DNA from: Nostoc sp. PCC 7120 = FACHB-418
Lineage (GTDB): Bacteria > Cyanobacteriota > Cyanobacteriia > Cyanobacteriales > Nostocaceae
DNA length: 32,000 nucleotides
Assembly (NCBI RefSeq): GCF_000009705.1
Contig: NC_003276.1
Span: 270,001-302,000 of the forward strand
Reading direction: 5' to 3'
The position numbers were made by a program, and so were the translations under genes. Each line of letters opens with the position of its first letter. Positions within the stretch are counted from its first letter, which is position 1. Shown here piece by piece: positions 16,850 to 24,462 of the stretch. The notes below the pieces were generated by a model. That model was not told where the DNA came from, searched no databases, and saw only the letters and a list, made by a program, of their open reading frames with translations.

Positions 16850-18213
16850 TAAAATCCTCGACCACGAGACAAATTCTTGAACTTGGTAAACTGATGATCC
16901 AGCAGAAGCTTTGCAGTACCAGTTGGCCCATTCCTCTGCTTGCGGATGATTAACTCAGCGATGCCACGATCAGGGGTATCAGGGTTATAGATTTCATCGC
17001 GGTAGAGCATGATGACCACATCACTGTCTTGCTCAACTTGTCCACTGGAGCGCAAATCACTGAGTATGGGTCGTTTATCGTTACGGCTCTCAACTTCGCG
17101 GCTTAACTGAGACAAAGCTAATACTGGGACATCCAAATCCTTGGCGATGCGTTTGAGTCCCCGGCTGATTTGGGCCACACGCTCAGTCATATTTACTTTT
17201 GAGTCCACCAGCCCCTCGGCCATCAGTTGCAGGTAATCCACAATGACAAGTCCAACGCCACCATAGGCAGAACTGGCACGGCGGATTTGGCTACGAATAT
17301 CGCCCAGAGTGGGACAAGAATCGTCGTTGATAAAAATGGGTAAATCGCTTAGGTGACAAATCGTTTCACTCAACGGTTGCCACTGGTTATCAGAAAGTCG
17401 TCCACTGTCAAGGAAACTGTTCTCAATGCCAGATTCACTGGAGAGAAAACGCTGCACATATTCGTCAGTAGTCATCTCGACGCTAAAAATCGCAACAAGC
17501 TTGCGGCTGTTTCGGGCGATATGCAGCGCGATATTCCCCGCCAAAGCAGACTTACCAACAGAAGGACGAGCAGCCAGGACGTACAAACGTCCTTTGCGAA
17601 GTCCTCCACCCAGCAAAGTGTCCAAGTCATAAAATCCAGTGGGTAGCGCTGGGGAAACAGTACCCAAGTGACGGGCTTCAATTTCACTGAAGGTATTGGC
17701 CAAAGAATCAGAAATGTGAACTAAATCAGCTTCGGAGTTCTCGGCGGTAATGCCATAAACTTTTTGTTCAGCTTGGTCAAGAACTACAGGTAAATCAGTT
17801 TCAGTTTGATAGCCAAGGTGGACAATTTCATTGCCTGCTTTAATCAGCTGTCGTCGTTGGTATTTCTCCATGACTAAATCGGCTAAGGCATCGATGTTGA
17901 TAGCTGACACAGTGCGGTCTACTAGGGTGGCCAATTTACTGCGCCCACCAATGCGGAATAACAGTCCATGATCTGACAACCAGTTGGTAATCGAAAGCAA
18001 ATCGGTGGGTTTGCCTTGCCCGTAGAGTCTATGCGCGGCTTGGTAAATATCTTTGTGAGCGCCAACGTAAAATGCTTCAGAAATTAAGCGATCGCCTATT
18101 CTACTCATGGCTTCTGGGTCAAGCATGATACCGCCGAGTATTGCTTCTTCAGCTTCAATGCTTTGCGGGGGTAAACGGTCATTACTGGGTGTAAAGTCTA
18201 AATCTTGCGTCAT
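16849..18213 (-). CDS. dnaB: replicative DNA helicase DnaB
   Basis: 454 aa. N-terminal PPQSIEAEEAILGGIM, Walker A ARPSVGKSALAGN, Walker B LVIVDYLQLM, LSQLSREVE and the RNGPTG arginine-finger region. No intein. Confidence 0.92.
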   Translation of the reverse strand: MTQDLDFTPSNDRLPPQSIEAEEAILGGIMLDPEAMSRIGDRLISEAFYVGAHKDIYQAAHRLYGQGKPTDLLSITNWLSDHGLLFRIGGRSKLATLVDRTVSAINIDALADLVMEKYQRRQLIKAGNEIVHLGYQTETDLPVVLDQAEQKVYGITAENSEADLVHISDSLANTFSEIEARHLGTVSPALPTGFYDLDTLLGGGLRKGRLYVLAARPSVGKSALAGNIALHIARNSRKLVAIFSVEMTTDEYVQRFLSSESGIENSFLDSGRLSDNQWQPLSETICHLSDLPIFINDDSCPTLGDIRSQIRRASSAYGGVGLVIVDYLQLMAEGLVDSKVNMTERVAQISRGLKRIAKDLDVPVLALSQLSREVESRNDKRPILSDLRSSGQVEQDSDVVIMLYRDEIYNPDTPDRGIAELIIRKQRNGPTGTAKLLLDHQFTKFKNLSRGRGF

Positions 18214-18300
18214 AGTTTTTCTCTGTAAAAATTTAGGATTCAGGGTGAATGAGCAACAAAGAGGTGGTTGAGAGATTTTTCTTCTGTACCTCGGTTTTTT

Positions 18301-19635
18301 TCAAGCCGCTTGTTGATGTAAATAGGCATACATTTGGGGATGATTTGTTTCTAACCAGCTCAACCAGTTAGTCGTCGCGCCTGTGTGTTGTTGGTCATAT
18401 CGGGTAGTGAATTGTGCGATCGCGCTTTCCCTTCCGACTCGATCTACAAGGTCTAGCAATTCGTTAAACGTGCCTTTGTGCCAGTCAAGGGAGCGAGAGG
18501 AGTAATAGCCAATTGGTTCGTCGTTAGCTTTAGAGTCAGGGTTTGCAGTGTTTTGGGACTCCACAACTTTTGACCAATAGCCCAGCAGTTGCTCCAAACC
18601 GACCTTGCTGTTTTCCCAACTGCCAATGGATTTGATGACCGTGGGAATCTTCATTTGCCAACTGGTCTTGTCCCAATCGGCTCTTTCTTTGGCAATCAAC
18701 TCGACAAGCTGGCGATCGCAAGTCTGATAAACCTTGTCTCTGGTGAGTGTGCGCCAGGGGAAACGCCAAGAACGTAATTTGATTTCGTTTTTGTAGACGG
18801 AGGGTAATGACTCAGATGCCATAATGCCGGGGTCAAGTAAGACCTGGTTAAGTAAATCCTCAACCGACTGAAATTTAATTTGGGGCTGTTTATTCGCTTG
18901 TTCGGCTTTATCGAATGACCCCGCCGGAATGTTTGGTCTGGATGAGGGATTTTCGGTTTGAGGTAAAGACTCGGATTTGTTTAACAACGAAGTGAGAGAT
19001 TTAGGGGTGGGTTGAACTTGGTTTTGTGGTGAAGTTAATTCAGATTTTTCTTCAAACACACATTCCTGGGTGGGGGGTGCGCCGGGTTTAGGGGGCGCTT
19101 TTTCTATGTGTTTTTCTTCTAATTGTTTTTCTTCTAATTGTTTTTTTATATGAGGGGTGGATACTCCAACGTTGGATAGCCCACCGTTGGGTGAGCCACC
19201 GTTGGGTAAGCCACCGTTGGGTGAGCCATCGTCGGACAACCCACCTATGGATAAACCATCTATGGGTGAGCCATCATCGGATGATCGACCTATGGACGAC
19301 TTACTTGTGGATAAGTGATTTTCAAGGAAAAACTGTGTGTCTTCTTTGCTGGTAAAAATATAGTATTGCCAGTCGAACTTACCATTGTTTGGGTTATGTT
19401 CTTGGACTCTAACTAAGTAGTCGTTTTGTTCAGCATTTTTGATAGCACTACGAATTTTGTCTCGTTTGTATCCTAAATACTTTTCAATGACTGAAAAGCT
19501 AATATCAAAGTTTTCATCGTGAGAAGCTACCCAACAAATTAATCTAAATGTTGAATCAGTGAGATTGTAATCGCGTATTAAACTATTAGGAATTGCTGTG
19601 AACTGTTTGGATGGTTTACCATTACGAAATCCCAT
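18301..19635 (-). CDS. putative replication initiator/organiser: N-terminal winged-helix-like domain, repetitive linker, C-terminal domain
   Basis: 444 aa, immediately upstream of dnaB. N-terminus FTAIPNSLIRDYNLTDSTFRLICWVAS...IEKYLGYKRDKIRSAIKNAEQNDYLV resembles phage/plasmid replication-protein wHTH domains. The function is inferred from this and from position only. Confidence 0.45.
   Translation of the reverse strand: MGFRNGKPSKQFTAIPNSLIRDYNLTDSTFRLICWVASHDENFDISFSVIEKYLGYKRDKIRSAIKNAEQNDYLVRVQEHNPNNGKFDWQYYIFTSKEDTQFFLENHLSTSKSSIGRSSDDGSPIDGLSIGGLSDDGSPNGGLPNGGSPNGGLSNVGVSTPHIKKQLEEKQLEEKHIEKAPPKPGAPPTQECVFEEKSELTSPQNQVQPTPKSLTSLLNKSESLPQTENPSSRPNIPAGSFDKAEQANKQPQIKFQSVEDLLNQVLLDPGIMASESLPSVYKNEIKLRSWRFPWRTLTRDKVYQTCDRQLVELIAKERADWDKTSWQMKIPTVIKSIGSWENSKVGLEQLLGYWSKVVESQNTANPDSKANDEPIGYYSSRSLDWHKGTFNELLDLVDRVGRESAIAQFTTRYDQQHTGATTNWLSWLETNHPQMYAYLHQQAA
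19111..19140. repeat. 2 x 15-bp tandem repeat TTTTTCTTCTAATTG
   Basis: Exact copies at 19111-19125 and 19126-19140, encoding QLEEK-QLEEK on the minus strand. Confidence 0.9.
19166..19315. repeat. about ten degenerate 15-bp tandem units (consensus CCACCGTTGGGTGAG)
   Basis: Units are in register at 19166, 19181, 19196, 19211, 19226 and onward. Three are near-identical. On the minus strand they encode the pentapeptide array ...SDDGSPIDGLSIGGLSDDGSPNGGLPNGGSPNGGLSNVG. Confidence 0.85.
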
Positions 19636-19785
19636 ATACTTCTCCTTGAGTTACTGTCTCGTGGTATATTTATTCCGAAGCTGTGTTAAAGCTTTAAGTA
19701 AAAATCATTCAAAATCTCATTGATATAAACACCAACCGCCCTCAGTTGTGGTAAACAGCATGAGGGTTTTATTTCACTTTTTTTT

Positions 19786-20411
19786 ATGACTAATAAAACA
19801 CCTAAAACTGAATACGATTCGCCTTGGAAGCAGATGTTGCAACTGTATTTTCAGGACTTCATGCAATTCTTCTTTCCCCAAGCTCATGCTCAAATTGATT
19901 GGAGTCGTGGTTTTGTATTTCTAGATAAAGAATTGCAACAGGTAGTCCGCGATGCCGAGTTAGGAAAACGACTGGTTGACAAATTGGTGAAAATTTATCG
20001 CATTGGGGGTGAAGAATCTTGGTTGTTGATTCATGTTGAAGTTCAAAGCCAAGAAGAAGACGATTTCCCCAAACGGATGTTTGTTTACAACTATCGAATT
20101 TTCGACCGTTATGATCGCTCTGTTGCATCCTTAGCGATATTGGGAGATGACAACATTGAATGGCGACCAAATCAGTTTGGGTACGATTTGTTTGGCTGTA
20201 AGGTTGATTTTCAGTTTCCTGTAATCAAGCTGTTAGACTATTAGCAAAGGTTGTCGGAGCTAGAAGCCAGTCGTAACCCCTTTGCTACGGTCGTAATGGC
20301 TCACTTAGCGGCGGTACAAACCCGCAGTGATAGACTAGAACGTAAGCAGCAGAAGCTAGTTTTAGTTAAAAGACTGTATGAGCAAGGGTCAGGGCGAGAC
20401 GATATCATCAA
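19786..20411 (+). pseudogene. Rpn-family recombination-promoting nuclease / PD-(D/E)XK putative transposase, 5' part (in-frame TAG, then truncated by insertion)
   Basis: DSPWKQMLQLYFQDFMQFFFPQAHAQIDW...FLDKELQQVVRDAELGKRLVDKLVKIYR...LIHVEVQSQEE...RMFVYNYRIFDRY is the family signature. TAG at 20242-20244 interrupts ...VIKLLDY*QRLSELEASRNPFATVVMAHL.... Family-like sequence ends at ...GRDDII. Confidence 0.8.
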
Positions 20412-20452
20412 AAGCTCCCAGGAGACTCCTACTTGCCTAATTTACAAATACC

Positions 20453-21736
20453 CTATATGGCATAAGCGTAACCATCTTTTTTGTGAATAGTTTTACAATA
20501 TTTATGGGAGATACCTTGGATTAATCCTTGTACAGTTGAGATGTTAAAACTACCTGTGGCACGAGTGGCGATCCTACCAATATAAGTCCCAATTTTTTTA
20601 CCTTTAGTAACAACAGCTTTGACAATATCTCCAGTTTGAAATCCAAAATGAAATTTAGTTCTAGAGCAATGTCGAATAGGAAATCCATACTTATCGGTAC
20701 GACATGATTGCCTTGTACCATGACCATTGGCAGTAATTAACAATAGTCTAATACCTTTGATTTTGAGTATTGGTGTTGATGCACCAACGCAACAAGCGTC
20801 GAGCCAGTGAGATTTATTTAATCCCTGTTGGGTTCTGTTAAATTTAGTTAATCCACCAGAACCAATTTCTACTGGTAAGCCAGTAGATTTTAAAACCTCT
20901 AATAATGCAAATCGAGTTGTATTAACTGCTGCTGCATCTGCAAGTGACTTTTTAGTTAATGCCAGAATCTTCTCTAGTCTTGATTTATCTTTTTTAAGAA
21001 AATTCTTGATATCTTGAGTGCCTTTTTTAAGGTTACATTTTTCACAACTGAGTGTAAGATTTGTGATGGAGTTTGACCCACCCTTACTTTTCGGATGTAT
21101 GTGTTCAATTTGAAGCGGGACATCTTTAATCCCGCAATAAGCACATTCTCTATTCCACTTTTCAAGGAAATACTGTCGAGTTTCAAAACCAGCCAAAGTG
21201 CCTTGCTGATACTCTTTACCTTGAATATCTGGGTGGCGAATTAACTGCGTGTCAAACTTTACTAATTCTTGACTAATGGCTGTGATTGGTGCAACTTTCC
21301 TTAACCTATTTACCCAAGTTTTGATATTTTCAACTCGACTTTGCAAGCTTGGTGCTAACCATCCTTGGGGTCTGGTTCTATTGAAAAATCTGGGTTGGCG
21401 ATATCTGGTTTTTCTACTCCTTCTACTCCTACGTAATTGTCTTCTAGAAGTTAACGCATCTCGGATGGCAAATCCCCTGTGCTTTAATTCAGCAGCAAAT
21501 ACAACTTCACCATTAACATCGTTTACCAATGCTATACCTGTGTATTTTGCTCCAGGATCGAACTTTAACCTGAGTGGAGATACAGTAGCATCTGTATATG
21601 ATTCTTTCACAACAATTGTAAAAGGAAAGCGTCTAAAAACTGCTGCTTTTCCTCTCTTTAGTAATTGCCTTGCTTGTGCTGGGTGAATTGGATTTAATGA
21701 TCTTTTTTCGTTATCAATTACAAATACTTTGCACAT
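20453..21736 (-). CDS. iscB: IscB-type RNA-guided nuclease (split RuvC with inserted HNH; RRXRR/PLMP N-terminus)
   Basis: 427 aa. PLMP-like N-terminus VFVIDNEKRSLNPIHPAQARQLLKRGKAAVFRRFPFTIVV. RuvC-I LRLKFDPGAKYTGIALV. Arg-rich bridge helix RRQLRRSRRSRKTRYRQPRF. RuvC-II ISQELVKFD. HNH CAYCG...LQIEHIHPKSKGGSNSITNLTLSCEKCNLKKG. RuvC-III SHWLDACCVG. C-terminal TID-like GFQTGDIVKAVVTKGKKIGTYIGRIATRATGSFNI. GGAGG lies 8 nt upstream of the ATG. Confidence 0.9.
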   Translation of the reverse strand: MCKVFVIDNEKRSLNPIHPAQARQLLKRGKAAVFRRFPFTIVVKESYTDATVSPLRLKFDPGAKYTGIALVNDVNGEVVFAAELKHRGFAIRDALTSRRQLRRSRRSRKTRYRQPRFFNRTRPQGWLAPSLQSRVENIKTWVNRLRKVAPITAISQELVKFDTQLIRHPDIQGKEYQQGTLAGFETRQYFLEKWNRECAYCGIKDVPLQIEHIHPKSKGGSNSITNLTLSCEKCNLKKGTQDIKNFLKKDKSRLEKILALTKKSLADAAAVNTTRFALLEVLKSTGLPVEIGSGGLTKFNRTQQGLNKSHWLDACCVGASTPILKIKGIRLLLITANGHGTRQSCRTDKYGFPIRHCSRTKFHFGFQTGDIVKAVVTKGKKIGTYIGRIATRATGSFNISTVQGLIQGISHKYCKTIHKKDGYAYAI

Positions 21737-21982
21737 GATATGCCTCCAATTGCTTGGGTAATGTTAGCCTAGACAATGATTTAAAGGCTTTTTACGCTAA
21801 CAGCACTGGCTTAACCCATTCAACCTGTTTAACTATTAGCCCTAGTGCTGGGAACTGGCTACGCATTCCCAGGTAAGATGACCTTAAAATCGTAGTGCGC
21901 GAAACACTTAGTCGGGTAAACTCTGGGCTTTGAAAGCCCCCACTATATTGCTTTTAGCAATCCGTGGTGGGTAGTTTACAAA
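21737..21982 (-). ncRNA. candidate omega-RNA scaffold of the IscB element (guide predicted just outside, about 21983-22000)
   Basis: The whole 246-nt gap between the element end and the iscB ATG is non-coding and dense in complementary segments. In plus coordinates: 21916-21922 with 21973-21979; 21939-21943 with 21967-21971; 21948-21951 with 21957-21960; 21925-21931 with 21933-21939; 21801-21809 with 21841-21850; 21848-21854 with 21866-21872. The position and length fit known IscB omega-RNAs. The exact ends are not determinable from sequence. Confidence 0.6.
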
Positions 21983-22313
21983 CTTATTCCGATTTATTGA
22001 TTGGATGATGACCCTACCAGAACAACTAGAGTTAGAATTTTGGCAAGAATACCGAGACTTTGAGGAGTCTAAACTGATGCAATATGTTACTTCGGTTGAA
22101 CGATTTGGTATCCAGAAGGGATTATTAAAAGGCATAGCTTTAGGATTAAAACTCAAATTTGGAACATCTGGACAAAACTTATTACCTGAAATTGAGCAGA
22201 TTGAGGATGTGAATTTACTCGAATCAATCTTGTCAGCAATAGAAACAGCAAATACTGTCGATGAATTGCGTTCTATCTATCAGACAGCAGATGACACTCC
22301 AAGAGGAAATTAG
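21981..22313 (+). pseudogene. Rpn-family nuclease gene, 3' part (DUF4351-like C-terminus) downstream of the insertion
   Basis: The frame reads NLFRFIDWMMTLPEQLELEFWQEYRDFEESKLMQYVTSVERFGIQKGLLKG..., the conserved C-terminal region of the same family. It is in frame with the 5' part once the element is removed. Confidence 0.8.
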
Positions 22314-22356
22314 GGTCTTAATTTGCTGGTAATTTCTTCTTTCAACTAACAATTAG

Positions 22357-22958
22357 TTAGAACTTTCCTCCTACGTGTGGTCGAAATGTTAGGTTAATTC
22401 GCGTGGTGACAAATTTGGTTGTCTTCGGAACCTGATGTACGTGAGTAGTTTGGCAACCGGGAAGCATGACCAACAAACTCCCATGCTCCAACCAAAAATC
22501 AGTAGGCTTACCACCGATAGGCTTTAGCTGAAACTTCCGCGCCGATCCCAAACTGATTGATGCAATCGCCGGCTCAATACCCATAGATGATTCCTTATCC
22601 GCGTGCCACCCTATACTGTCCTGTCCGCTTCTGTATTGGTTGCCGATGACGATGCGGAAGCTATAACCAGTAGCCGCAGTGATTTTGTCTCGCAACTTAG
22701 CCAAAGGTTCTGTCCAAGCTAGGGGTTTAAGCAGTACGCTATTGGAGTAGAGGTAATCACACCCCTCTCCCCATAAATGCACTCCAGGCGGGGAACAGGT
22801 ATCGTTTTACCCAGCATCCTTATCTGGTTTTGTTGCCATTGCAGTTGTTGACAATGCTGATATAACTCGTCCGCCTCTGGCTTACTTAAAAAATCGGGGT
22901 AATAACGGACGGGTAAAACTGCTGTGGTTGGGTCATCGAATAGTAATAACTGTTTCAT
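22357..22958 (-). pseudogene. alkB: alpha-ketoglutarate-dependent dioxygenase AlkB, split by a single frameshift near 22783-22790
   Basis: The upstream ORF (22719-22958) ends ...IPVPRLECIYGERG. The downstream ORF (22357-22782) reads HLWGEGCDYLYSNS...IVIGNQYRSGQDSIGWHADKE...IASISLG...HGSLLVMLPGCQTTHVHQVPK...RINLTFR. Together they make one AlkB (HxD, distal His, RxNLTFR) if one base is restored. Confidence 0.75.
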
Positions 22959-23587
22959 AACAGTACCTTTTCAGCTTTAACTAAAATCTCTTCATCACTT
23001 GCATCAAACAAATCCGCCTGATCGCCCCAACAGTCCCAGCCGTCCCTAGACTCTCGTGCGAATATTTCCAGCTTGGTCATATCTGGACAAAGTTTCTCCA
23101 CCAGTTCAAAAAATTCTGGGGGTTTACGGGAATGCTCACGCCGGGGCGAGTGTAAGATTGTTGATTGGTTCGTGAGCGTTGGCGTTCCGCCCGTCGTAGA
23201 CGTTTGCCCTGCAAAAGCTTTGACATTCCCACGAACAGCCAAAGCACAGTGTTCAGTCGAATTCCGCAACCAATGACCGACACCTAGATGTGTTTTCGTA
23301 CCATCTTTGGTTACTTTCCCCCAAGTGAGAATAGTCTTGAGGTCAAAACCCCACCTCTGCAAGCATTGTGCAGCTTCAATCATGTGGTTATTGGTAAACC
23401 ATAGCCACAGAACACAACCGCCAGCGTCGCATAAGTCGGGAATGGGCAGCGCCAGGATTTCAGGAGTTCGCATTGGCTGATAGGGGATGCGGTTGCGGTG
23501 AGTTTTGTCTTTAGAACGAAGTCTGTAGAACCAGGGCGGGTCGATGATGATGCACTGATACTGTCCTTGTAGAGTGGAAATTCTCAT
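22955..23587 (-). CDS. MT-A70 family N6-adenine DNA methyltransferase
   Basis: Catalytic CIIIDPPWFY (DPPW), followed by LWLWFTN, ILTWGK, HWLRNSTEHCALAVRG and HSRKPPEFFELVEKL, all typical MT-A70 blocks. ATGA overlaps at both ends. Confidence 0.85.
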   Translation of the reverse strand: MRISTLQGQYQCIIIDPPWFYRLRSKDKTHRNRIPYQPMRTPEILALPIPDLCDAGGCVLWLWFTNNHMIEAAQCLQRWGFDLKTILTWGKVTKDGTKTHLGVGHWLRNSTEHCALAVRGNVKAFAGQTSTTGGTPTLTNQSTILHSPRREHSRKPPEFFELVEKLCPDMTKLEIFARESRDGWDCWGDQADLFDASDEEILVKAEKVLL

Positions 23588-23823
23588 GCTGTCTCCTCGG
23601 ATGGTCTAACAATTTGGGCGCTGATTGATTCAAAATCGACTTGGAAGATGTTTAAATCAGGAGTCAATTCGCCAGAGTTATAGCGGTCTGTAATGTACTG
23701 TTTTATGGCATCTTGTGATAACCCATCAGGGATATAAATATGAGCTTCACTCTTCACTTTTTCGACAATTTGAACAATGACTTTTATTTTGGCTTCTTTT
23801 TGAAAAATTCCGAGTTCTGTCAT
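23584..23823 (-). CDS. hypothetical protein (79 aa)
   Basis: I trimmed the track ORF to ATG at 23823, which has GGAG 8 nt upstream. ATGA overlap with the MT-A70 gene. Confidence 0.45.
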   Translation of the reverse strand: MTELGIFQKEAKIKVIVQIVEKVKSEAHIYIPDGLSQDAIKQYITDRYNSGELTPDLNIFQVDFESISAQIVRPSEETA

Positions 23824-23863
23824 GCTTAACTCCAAAAATATTAAATGCAAACAGTTAGTTTCT

Positions 23864-24118
23864 TTAAAAGTACAGCGTATGATCCAATCCTCCTGTGTGA
23901 GTTATTGAGCCATCTTTAGAAATTTCCCCCTCGATGATATTTATCAAAACCTTTTCCGTCTTACTAGTGATAGTGGGAGATTTTGTTATGTAAGGAATAG
24001 CAGCCCTATCCAAATAATCTTGGCAAGAAGAATATCTATTGATTCCAGAAAGTAAAGGATAGTGAAAACCAGCAGTATCACTATAAAGAACTAATACCGA
24101 TGCTGAATAAATTTTCAT
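23864..24118 (-). CDS. hypothetical protein (84 aa)
   Basis: ATG at 24118 lies 2 nt after the upstream stop. No family. Confidence 0.4.
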   Translation of the reverse strand: MKIYSASVLVLYSDTAGFHYPLLSGINRYSSCQDYLDRAAIPYITKSPTITSKTEKVLINIIEGEISKDGSITHTGGLDHTLYF

Positions 24119-24120
24119 TT

Positions 24121-24375
24121 TTAGCAATCCTCATCATCTTCATGATCTAAAGAGCAATCGCAAGCAACATAAAGTGCTTCAATTGGAATTAAATTTTCTC
24201 GCTCTGGAAATATTTGGATATACAAGCTTCTTGATAAATTGCCTTCATCATTATAAATGCGGCAAGTGATAGGTTCGGCGTAGAAATTATCCAGGGCATA
24301 ACCGCAGGCTGGACAACCGTTCGCTTTGGTAAATTGGCTTGCATCAGCTTCATGTTGGCAAAATGGACACCACAT
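24121..24375 (-). CDS. small zinc-ribbon protein with acidic tail
   Basis: MWCPFCQHE...GCPACG gives a CxxC...CxxC ribbon. The C-terminus is DHEDDEDC. Confidence 0.5.
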   Translation of the reverse strand: MWCPFCQHEADASQFTKANGCPACGYALDNFYAEPITCRIYNDEGNLSRSLYIQIFPERENLIPIEALYVACDCSLDHEDDEDC

Positions 24376-24462
24376 ATTTGATATTTCCTCCTGTTAATTA
24401 AACTAATATTTGTAGCTAATAACTGACAACTAACAATTGACGGCTGATAACTGACGGCGAGT

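Larger units (their letters stand above)
20410..21982 (-). mobile_element. TnpA-less IS200/IS605-type element carrying iscB and its upstream omega-RNA region (1571 bp; junction ambiguous by the dinucleotide AA)
   Basis: Removing 1571 bp joins ...GAT ATC ATC to AAC TTA TTC CGA TTT ATT GAT TGG ATG ATG... in frame. That restores the family sequence DDII-NLFRFIDWMMTLPEQLE of the host Rpn-like gene. The interval has no HIP1 site and no transposase ORF. Confidence 0.75.

Noticed and set aside
17353-17687. ORFs 17353-17646, 17426-17632 (plus) and 17472-17687 (minus) inside dnaB
   Set aside because: They are shadow ORFs within a gene whose own frame is unambiguous (Walker A/B and DnaB motifs).
19166-19315. 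Regular 15-bp periodic repeats that at first glance could suggest a CRISPR-like array
   Set aside because: The units are contiguous with no spacers, far shorter than CRISPR repeats, degenerate, and in frame within a long ORF where they encode a pentapeptide array. No CRISPR array exists anywhere in the window.
21276-21686. 136-aa plus-strand ORF
   Set aside because: It is wholly antisense to iscB, Leu/Phe-rich and has no motifs. It is a shadow ORF.
20453-21736. Possibility that the RuvC/HNH protein is a truncated Cas9
   Set aside because: At 427 aa it has no REC lobe or PAM-interacting domain of Cas9 type. It has the IscB-specific PLMP/RRXRR N-terminus. No cas1, cas2, tracrRNA-array pair or repeats are nearby. 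It sits inside a discrete insertion with IS200/IS605-like behaviour.
20410-21982. Search for a Y1 (TnpA) transposase inside the IscB element
   Set aside because: The only other ORFs here (20521-20727, 20974-21186, 21276-21686, 21908-22156) lie inside or antisense to iscB or the structured leader. They have low-complexity, non-family sequences, so the element appears non-autonomous.
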